NCBI RefSeq assembly: GCF_000341395.1
Contig: NC_020304.1
Location: 2,880,001-2,912,000, forward strand
Length of the DNA: 32,000 bases
Direction: 5' to 3'
DNA from: Desulfocapsa sulfexigens DSM 10523
GTDB lineage: Bacteria > Desulfobacterota > Desulfobulbia > Desulfobulbales > Desulfocapsaceae
Position numbers and translations under genes: made by a program
In this document: positions 9,760-16,717 of the stretch, one piece after another
Layout: the number at the start of each line of letters is the position of its first letter
How positions within the stretch are numbered: position 1 is the stretch's first letter
Notes under the pieces: model-generated
Databases searched by the model: none
What the model was told of the DNA's origin: nothing
Seen by the model: the letters and a program-made list of their open reading frames with translations, nothing else

Positions 9760-9788
9760 GGCCGCAGCGTTTACTGCGGCCTTTTTTT
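9760..9788 (+). terminator. Attenuator terminator upstream of leuA
   Basis: Perfect GGCCGCAG-CGTTTA-CTGCGGCC stem followed by TTTTTTT. It starts 35 nt after the leader peptide stop and ends 62 nt before leuA. Confidence 0.92.
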
Positions 9789-9850
9789 GTTTGGGCTGGG
9801 ATAAACGGTTTGAAAGCGACTGGCATCGGGCAACAAAAAAGAGGAAGAGT

Positions 9851-11530
9851 ATGAGATCTGAAACTGTGAAAAAATACAGGCCTTATCCTGGAATTGATCT
9901 GCCGGATCGTTCCTGGCCAAATAATACCATCAGTAAAGCTCCAATCTGGTGTAGTGTCGATTTGCGGGATGGTAACCAGGCGCTGGTCCAGCCAATGAAT
10001 CTGCAACAGAAACTTGAGCTTTTTCAACTCCTGGTCGATGTGGGTTTTAAAGAAATTGAAATAGGCTTCCCATCGGCATCCGAGGTTGAATTTGCCTTTG
10101 CAAGAAGGCTAATTGACGATGGCTTGATTCCTGGAGACGTAACGATCCAGGTGCTTACTCCTGCCCGTGAAAGTCTTATCCATAAAAGTTTTGAGGCGGT
10201 TAAAGGTGCCCGCAGGGTTGTGATGCATCTTTATAATTCCACTTCCACTCTGCAGCGCCGTGCGGTTTTTAAGATGAGTCGTAATGAGATAACGGCACTT
10301 GGTGTGGAAGGGGCGCGTATTATTAAGGAAGAGGCCGAGAAATGTCCGGAAACTGAATTTCGCTTTGAGTATTCTCCGGAAAGCTTCACTGGAACAGAGC
10401 TGGATTTTGCTCTGTCCATCTGTGAAGCCGTCATGGATGTGTGGCAGCCAACGGCACTCAAACCAGTCATTATCAACCTTCCCTCCACCGTCGAAATGGC
10501 GACACCGAATGTGTACGCTGATCAGATCGAATGGTTTTGCAGACATATGAAAAATCGTGAAGCCGCTATTGTCAGTCTTCATGCTCACAATGACAGAGGC
10601 TGTGCGGTTGCGGCAACTGAACTTGCTTTAATGGCAGGTGGTGACAGGGTTGAAGGTACCCTTTTCGGTAATGGTGAACGTACCGGAAATGTAGATATCA
10701 TCACTTTGGCACTTAATATGTTTACACAGGGGGTAGATCCCGAACTTAATCTTCATGATATGAACCGGTTGATAGCCGTCTCCGAGCAGGTGACTGACAT
10801 TCCCGTTCACGTCAGGCATCCCTACGCTGGAGAGCTTGTGTATACCGCCTTTTCAGGTTCGCATCAGGATGCTATTAATAAAGGAATGGATCTCTGTGAA
10901 CGTGAAGGGCAGGGGAAATGGGAAGTACCTTATCTGCCCATTGATCCCAGGGACGTTGGCAGGACCTATGAGTCTATTATTCGAATCAACAGTCAATCTG
11001 GAAAGGGGGGAGTTGCCTACGTAATGGACAGAGAGTTTGGGCTGAAGATGCCAAAATCCATGCATCCTGAATTTGGCTCCATCGTCCAGAAGGTTACTGA
11101 CAGTGTCGGGCGGGAACTTCAGCTCTCGGAAATATGGGCAGCATTTGAAAAGGAATATTTGCTCGGAAAAGCTCCTTTTTTCTTGAACAGCTTTGATGTA
11201 GTGAAACGCCATATTGATAATGATGAGCAGGCATCATCTGCAGAAATTGAAGCAGTGGTTTTGGTAAATGGAGAGAAGAGGACAATACGTGGTGGAGGAA
11301 ATGGTCCACTGGATGCTTTTTGTGCAGCACTGAAATCAGAGATCGCCGAGGATTTTCTTCTGAGCAGTTATCATGAGCACGCCTTAACAGAAAGTTCCAG
11401 TTCCAGGGCAGTCGCCTACATTCAGGTTACGCAACCAGATGGTACAAAAAAATGGGGTGTTGGAATGGATACTGATATTATTGTTGCATCCATCAAGGCG
11501 GTGCTAAGTGCCTTGAATCGATTTGTCTGA
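9851..11530 (+). CDS. leuA: 2-isopropylmalate synthase (type-2 / long LeuA family)
   Basis: KYRPYPGIDLPDRSWPNNTISKAPIWCSVDLRDGNQALVQPM and SLHAHNDRGCAVAATELALMAGGDRVEGTLFGNGERTGNVDI motifs. The ATG at 9851 is preceded by GAGGAAGAGT and is preferred over the TTG at 9791. Confidence 0.95.
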   Translation: MRSETVKKYRPYPGIDLPDRSWPNNTISKAPIWCSVDLRDGNQALVQPMNLQQKLELFQLLVDVGFKEIEIGFPSASEVEFAFARRLIDDGLIPGDVTIQVLTPARESLIHKSFEAVKGARRVVMHLYNSTSTLQRRAVFKMSRNEITALGVEGARIIKEEAEKCPETEFRFEYSPESFTGTELDFALSICEAVMDVWQPTALKPVIINLPSTVEMATPNVYADQIEWFCRHMKNREAAIVSLHAHNDRGCAVAATELALMAGGDRVEGTLFGNGERTGNVDIITLALNMFTQGVDPELNLHDMNRLIAVSEQVTDIPVHVRHPYAGELVYTAFSGSHQDAINKGMDLCEREGQGKWEVPYLPIDPRDVGRTYESIIRINSQSGKGGVAYVMDREFGLKMPKSMHPEFGSIVQKVTDSVGRELQLSEIWAAFEKEYLLGKAPFFLNSFDVVKRHIDNDEQASSAEIEAVVLVNGEKRTIRGGGNGPLDAFCAALKSEIAEDFLLSSYHEHALTESSSSRAVAYIQVTQPDGTKKWGVGMDTDIIVASIKAVLSALNRFV

Positions 11531-11576
11531 TTTCGTCATATGTGCCTGATAGTTTCGTAAGGTATCCTTTGCGGAA

Positions 11577-12419
11577 CTATCGGTTTAATAGATAGAAAAA
11601 AATACCACCTGCAGCCAGCCAGATATTGGTAATATTGGAAATAGTGATGTTGAGTATAGCGGCGAGTGGTTTTTTACGGCTGAGCAGGGCCAGACATGAT
11701 TTAAATTCGGGCCATGATGTGAGGGAGGCAAGAACCAGGAATCCTATTACTCCTTTTGGCGCTTTAGAATGTTCAGCCGCAAATGTAACCACAGGGTCAA
11801 GAAAATATCCAGAACTAAGCAGGAGTAAGATTGCAGGTATCAGCCAGCGTCTGGCACCCTCATGATACATTTCGTCACTCTCTTCTTCGCCTTCATTCGG
11901 GCGTAGAAAAAAAAGCGGCAGGGTCAGTAACAGCGCCGTAATCAACCAGTATTTGTAATAGGATGTTGGTATGCAGTAGAAACCGATGGCAAGAGTTGCT
12001 GTGCTCAGGATTGTGACAGTGCTGTAGAGCGGTTTGGTTTTCACTGTCTGCCAGGTCATTTTACAAATCACTGCGGCAGTAATCAGAAGAATAGGGTTCA
12101 TGAAATTTGAACCAAGGGGTGTAGATGCGGCAAAAAGGACATCACCGGCAGCAAGACCGACAATAAGACAAAGTGCTTCCGGGCCATTGGTTATGAATCC
12201 TGTGACGGTACCAATTCCTTTAATATGCTTAATGGACTCAATAATAATTTCCACAGACAAGCCGATAAGCATCATCTCAATTATGATTCCGGATGCTCCA
12301 AGAAAAGAGAGCTGGACATTGCCCTGAAAAATCAGACTGCTCCCGCAAAAAAATGCCAGAACCAGAACCCACACCACTAGATCTAAGCGTGTTACTGAAC
12401 TGAGAATAAGCTGTCTCAC
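11577..12419 (-). CDS. Sodium/calcium exchanger (CaCA)-like membrane protein
   Basis: About ten hydrophobic segments with two degenerate alpha-repeats: GFITNGPEALCLIVGLAAGDVLFAASTPLGSNFMNPILL and ASLTSWPEFKSCLALLSRKKPLAAILNITISNITNI. The GTG start overlaps the upstream stop (GTGA). Confidence 0.7.
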   Translation of the reverse strand: MRQLILSSVTRLDLVVWVLVLAFFCGSSLIFQGNVQLSFLGASGIIIEMMLIGLSVEIIIESIKHIKGIGTVTGFITNGPEALCLIVGLAAGDVLFAASTPLGSNFMNPILLITAAVICKMTWQTVKTKPLYSTVTILSTATLAIGFYCIPTSYYKYWLITALLLTLPLFFLRPNEGEEESDEMYHEGARRWLIPAILLLLSSGYFLDPVVTFAAEHSKAPKGVIGFLVLASLTSWPEFKSCLALLSRKKPLAAILNITISNITNIWLAAGGIFFYLLNR

Positions 12420-12667
12420 GGTTTCCGTACCTTTGTCAGAAATGCTTCGATTTTATCTCGATTGAGGAGGATACCGCTGATTTGTCCTTCGCCGTATTTC
12501 AGGGTCGGAATAAACATCACGCCATCTTTAAGAGCTCGCAGAGGGCTGGTTAGTATTTCGACTTCTTCCAGTTCTATGTCGTTCATGTTTGCCAAGAGTT
12601 CATCCAGAACTTTTTTTGCCATATGGCAACGAGGTCAGAGACTTGAGTGGTAAAAAGTGATGGTCAT
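12416..12667 (-). CDS. Predicted selenoprotein: thioredoxin/glutaredoxin-like protein with UxxC motif
   Basis: Reading from ATG 12667 through the in-frame TGA at 12637-12635 gives MTITFYHSSLUPRCHMAKKVLDELLANMNDIELEEVEILTSPLRALKDGVMFIPTLKYGEGQISGILLNRDKIEAFLTKVRKP. This has a beta-UPRC-alpha start and a MFIPTL cis-Pro region. The track shows only a truncated 68-aa ORF beginning after the UGA. Confidence 0.85.
12597..12611 (-). promoter_or_regulatory. Candidate bacterial SECIS hairpin for the UxxC protein
   Basis: RNA AGUUC-UGGAU-GAACU. The apical loop starts after 28 nt following the UGA and has G at loop positions 2-3. Confidence 0.65.
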
Positions 12668-12801
12668 AATTTTCAGTTTATATGAGTTTGTGATAGTTGC
12701 TTTATTGAAATACAAAGGATACTATCAAAAGGAAAGAATGTCACAGAAGATACACTGAAACCCTAAAGCTGTTCAACAAGAGTTTTTTTGTTCCGGGACC
12801 T

Positions 12802-13761
12802 ATGAATTCATATCCTCCTCTGATAATTGTTGATGATCAGCGTTTTCTCCAGCATGATACCGGTGGTGGGGATCATCCAGAAACAGCAGCCAGACTGCAG
12901 GTTATACGCAGATCTCTTAAGTCAAGTGACTGTTATCCGTCTCTCTCTTTTTTGTCACCACAGGCAGCTACCCGCAGTGATCTTACCCGGGTTCACAGTG
13001 AAAACTGGCTCTTTCGTTTTGAAGAATCAGTTCTTGCCGGTCAAACCTATATTGATCATTTCGACAATCAGGTCTGTTATGACTCTTACGATATAGCGTG
13101 CCTTGCTGCAGGTGCCGGAATTTCCGCCATAGATCTCATTGAAGAGGGAAAGGGGGATAACATATTCTGCCTGGTTCGTCCTCCCGGACATCATGCGGAA
13201 CGCAGTGTTCCTTTTGGCTTCTGTTTCTTTAATAATTGTGTGGTAGCCGCCAGATACTGGCAACATAAATACCATAAAAGACGAGTTCTTATTTTTGATT
13301 TTGATGCCCACCATGGTAACGGGATTCAGTCTGCTTTTGAGGAAGAATCTGATAGTTACTACATAAGTATACATGAGCATCCGAGTTTTAGTTACCCTGG
13401 AACCGGGTATGGTGATGAGCACGGAATGGGTGATGGAAAGGGGACCATTCTGAATCTCCCACTTTCGCCAGGGGCGAATGACGGGGATGTGGAAAATCTT
13501 CTTAAAAAAGTTATTTTACCGAAGCTTGAGGAGTGGCAGCCAGAAGCAATTATCATTGCAGCGGGCTTTGATGCTCACATTGCTGATGATATGTCAGGGC
13601 TCCATTACTCCACTGACCTGTATTTTACTCTTGGCCGCCAGGTGAAGTCCTGGGCAAATCGATTTACCAATGGGAAATTGCTTTCCATTTTAGAAGGCGG
13701 ATATGAACTCTCTGTTCTTGGAGATTCCGTTGAGGCATACGTGAGAGGTATACTGGAGTAG
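12802..13761 (+). CDS. Histone deacetylase-family / AcuC-like deacetylase
   Basis: HDTGGGDHPETAARL, RPPGHHAERS, FDFDAHHGNG and AAGFDAH catalytic and metal-binding motifs. Confidence 0.93.
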   Translation: MNSYPPLIIVDDQRFLQHDTGGGDHPETAARLQVIRRSLKSSDCYPSLSFLSPQAATRSDLTRVHSENWLFRFEESVLAGQTYIDHFDNQVCYDSYDIACLAAGAGISAIDLIEEGKGDNIFCLVRPPGHHAERSVPFGFCFFNNCVVAARYWQHKYHKRRVLIFDFDAHHGNGIQSAFEEESDSYYISIHEHPSFSYPGTGYGDEHGMGDGKGTILNLPLSPGANDGDVENLLKKVILPKLEEWQPEAIIIAAGFDAHIADDMSGLHYSTDLYFTLGRQVKSWANRFTNGKLLSILEGGYELSVLGDSVEAYVRGILE

Positions 13762-13803
13762 ACCCGGTTATACTAAAATTTAAATCTTTTAAGCGAGGTA
13801 GAT

Positions 13804-14445
13804 ATGTACATTTTACGGCATATGACACCCGATCCTATCACCGTTTCTCCAGACATGCTTCTCCCTGAAGCCAGGGCTCTGTTAAATGACTTTCATTTCC
13901 GCCATCTCCCAGTTGTTGATGGACAGGGACAATTGGTAGGAATACTCACAGATCGTGATCTGCGTTCAGCCTATCCTTCTTCTGTTATCAGCGACAGTGA
14001 AAGACGACTGGTGTATGAACGTGTACAGCAAACATCGGTCTCGGAAATCATGTCCACCGATTGTGTTACACTCGGCACTGATTCAACACTTGACGATGCT
14101 CTCTTTCTCTTTGATAGAGATCAGCCTGGGGCTCTCCCCGTGCTTGATAAGGAGGGTAAAGTGGTTGGTATCTTTTCCATTAGAGACCTCAATGCTGCCT
14201 ACAAAACACTTTTTGGAGTTGGTGAAAAGGGCGCGGTTCTTATTGGTATCCATGATGATGGTAGCCCGACTATCATGACTCGAATTGTGACACTTCTTGA
14301 GCAGGAAAAAATTCCATTCACCAGGGTTCTTCGTATCTTTGATAAAGAGGTGGGAGATACTATTTACCTGAGGATAAATACTTTCAAAATTGCCGCGGTT
14401 CTTGATCTTCTGGAGGAGAACGGTTTTGACGTTAAGAAGGAATGA
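13804..14445 (+). CDS. Tandem CBS-domain protein with C-terminal ACT-like region (AcuB-like)
   Basis: MYILRHMTPDPITVSPDMLLPEARALLNDFHFRHLPVVD..GILTDRDLR and a second CBS unit (IMSTDCVTLGTDSTLDDALFLFDRDQPGALPVLDKEGKVVGIFSIRDL), then an ACT-like tail. Confidence 0.85.
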   Translation: MYILRHMTPDPITVSPDMLLPEARALLNDFHFRHLPVVDGQGQLVGILTDRDLRSAYPSSVISDSERRLVYERVQQTSVSEIMSTDCVTLGTDSTLDDALFLFDRDQPGALPVLDKEGKVVGIFSIRDLNAAYKTLFGVGEKGAVLIGIHDDGSPTIMTRIVTLLEQEKIPFTRVLRIFDKEVGDTIYLRINTFKIAAVLDLLEENGFDVKKE

Positions 14446-14525
14446 GCGTTCAGGTTTGTCGGAACCTGGAAGATTGTTAATATACTGTAAATATTGCCGT
14501 AAGGCAGAATGTCCCTGGTGTTTTT

Positions 14526-16634
14526 ATGAGTATCGATACGCTGTTTAACCCGAAAAGTGTTGCGGTCGTTGGGGCCTCTCGAACCGATGGGAAGATTGGT
14601 CATACCATTCTTGCTAATATCATCAGGGGTGGCTTTCAAGGTGCTATTATTCCAATTAACCCTGCAGCCAAAGAGATACTTGGCCTTCCCTGTTTTCCAT
14701 CTCTTGGGGAATGTGGCCAGGAAGTGGATCTCGTGGTGTCAGCCTTACCGCAGTCACTGGTTAAAACAGTGGTTGATGAGTGTCCAAAAGTGAAGGCAAA
14801 AGGCCTGATTGTTATAGCGTCGGGATACCAGGAAACCGGTCCCGATGGTGCCATCCTTGAGCAGGAACTTGTTGAACTCTGTACTCGTCGTGAGCTGAGA
14901 CTTCTCGGTCCGAATTGTCTGGGGTTTATTAATACCGCCAACAATCTCAATGCTTCTTTCGCAGGAGATATGCCGGGTAGCGGTGATGTTACACTTTTTT
15001 CTCAGTCTGGGGCACTCTGCAGCGTTATGCTCGATATGGCCAATGATCGTCATATGGGGTTGGCCAAGCTGGTAAGTGTAGGAAATAAGGCGGATATAAG
15101 CGGTGTTGATATGCTTGCCTATCTTGCAAAGGATGATGATACAAAGGTTATCGTAGGGTATCTTGAAGATATAGTGTCTGGTAAGAATTTTATAAAGGCG
15201 GCAGAAGATGCCGCATCAAATAAACCGGTAATTATTTTAAAATCCGGGACCACTTCCGCAGGACTGAAGGCGACAGTGTCTCATACGGGTATACTGGCTG
15301 GCGCTGATACAGCATATGGAGCAGCTTTTAAACGATCGGGTGTGATACGAGCGGATACCTTTGAGTCTCTTTTTGATTTTGCATCGGCGTTTTCCCTGCA
15401 GCCACTTCCAAAAGGAAATAACGTTCGTATTATCACGAATGCGGGTGGAGCTGGAATTATGGCAGCCGATGCGGTGGAACTTGCTGGAATGAAAGTCCAA
15501 GAGCATGGTCAGAATGAAAGAAAGGCTGCGATTCAGCAACCGCAAAAGATTTTCAAACCTGTTAATCCTGTTGATATACTGGGTGATGTTGATCCTGGTG
15601 TATATGTAACTGCGATAAAAGCTGCTCAGACCGACTCCGATGTTGATGCCATCCTTATTGTCCTGACTCCACAAGCAATGAAGCGTCCTGCAGAAACAGC
15701 CAGTGCCATAGTAACCTGTATTGATGGAACCAAACCGATAGTGGCTGCTTTTATGGGTGGCCATGAGACAACCCTTCTGCGTAAGGAACTCGTTGCTGCT
15801 GGTTTGCCTCTGTATAAATCACCGGAAAGAGCAGTGGCTGCCCTCAAGGCAATGGGTGAATATGCTGCCTGGAAAAAGCGCCCACCACGCACGGTTACCA
15901 GATTTAAAGTAAACAGGCGCAGGGTGGAACGAATTCTTTCACGTCGTCAGCGTACCGGGATGCTTCAGCTTGGTGAGGTGAAGGGGAAAGATGTTCTTGG
16001 TGCCTATGGCTTTCATGTACCGACCGGGGCCCTGGCCTCGACGGCAGAAGAGGCAACGGAGATTGCAGAACGTATAGGATATCCTGTGGCAATGAAGATT
16101 GTATCTCCTGACATTGTCCATAAGAGTGATCTTGGCGGAGTGTTCTTAAACGTTTCCAACAGGGAATCTGCTGAGGACACTTATGACTTGATGACCTTAA
16201 AGATTCGTAAAAAGGTTCCCGGTGCTCGTATTGAAGGGGTGTATGTTGAAAAGATGGCCAGTAAAGGGCTCGAGGTGATCATCGGTATGACCAGAGACCC
16301 CCAGTTCGGCCCCATGCTAATGTTTGGTCTTGGTGGGATTTTTGTAGAGGTAATGAAAGATGTGACTTTTCACCTTGCCCCTATCACCGAACAGGAAGCG
16401 ATACAGATGCTGAAATCCACTAAATCCTACGCAATGCTGCAGGGGCGTCGAGGTCAGAGTGGAGTTGATGTGGTTGCAATAGCTTCGGGTCTGCAGCGAA
16501 TCAGTCAGTTAACGACGGATTTTCCACAGATTTTAGAGCTTGATATCAACCCCTTTATTGTCGGTGAGTTTGGATCCGAACCTGTGGTGGCAGATGCGCG
16601 AATGACATTGGCACCATTACCGGAAGAGAAGTAA
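14526..16634 (+). CDS. ADP-forming acyl/acetyl-CoA synthetase, fused alpha and beta regions
   Basis: LFNPKSVAVVGAS CoA-binding start, SHTGILAGADTAYGAAFKRSGVIRA with the phospho-histidine region, and a C-terminal ATP-grasp (YPVAMKIVSPDIVHKSDLGGV). Confidence 0.92.
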   Translation: MSIDTLFNPKSVAVVGASRTDGKIGHTILANIIRGGFQGAIIPINPAAKEILGLPCFPSLGECGQEVDLVVSALPQSLVKTVVDECPKVKAKGLIVIASGYQETGPDGAILEQELVELCTRRELRLLGPNCLGFINTANNLNASFAGDMPGSGDVTLFSQSGALCSVMLDMANDRHMGLAKLVSVGNKADISGVDMLAYLAKDDDTKVIVGYLEDIVSGKNFIKAAEDAASNKPVIILKSGTTSAGLKATVSHTGILAGADTAYGAAFKRSGVIRADTFESLFDFASAFSLQPLPKGNNVRIITNAGGAGIMAADAVELAGMKVQEHGQNERKAAIQQPQKIFKPVNPVDILGDVDPGVYVTAIKAAQTDSDVDAILIVLTPQAMKRPAETASAIVTCIDGTKPIVAAFMGGHETTLLRKELVAAGLPLYKSPERAVAALKAMGEYAAWKKRPPRTVTRFKVNRRRVERILSRRQRTGMLQLGEVKGKDVLGAYGFHVPTGALASTAEEATEIAERIGYPVAMKIVSPDIVHKSDLGGVFLNVSNRESAEDTYDLMTLKIRKKVPGARIEGVYVEKMASKGLEVIIGMTRDPQFGPMLMFGLGGIFVEVMKDVTFHLAPITEQEAIQMLKSTKSYAMLQGRRGQSGVDVVAIASGLQRISQLTTDFPQILELDINPFIVGEFGSEPVVADARMTLAPLPEEK

Positions 16635-16717
16635 GGACGAATAGAATATCTCAGAATTATAATTTAATCGGGAAATATAACTTTTCAGTTGTCTTGTTGA
16701 TGAGTTATGAGGGAATT

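Noticed and set aside
10109-10588. 159-aa minus-strand ORF inside leuA
   Set aside because: Shadow ORF antisense to strongly conserved leuA coding sequence.
12617-12630. TTGCCATATGGCAA palindrome just after the UGA of the UxxC gene, considered as the SECIS apical stem
   Set aside because: Its loop is AU-only and lacks the G expected in the first loop positions, and it is too close to the UGA. The AGUUC-UGGAU-GAACU hairpin fits better.
12827-14278. ORFs 12827..13096, 13027..13422 and 13955..14278 overlapping the deacetylase and CBS genes
   Set aside because: Alternative or antisense frames of well-supported genes, with compositionally non-protein-like sequence.
15237-15764. 175-aa minus-strand ORF in the ADP-forming synthetase gene
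   Set aside because: Antisense shadow ORF with no domain signature.
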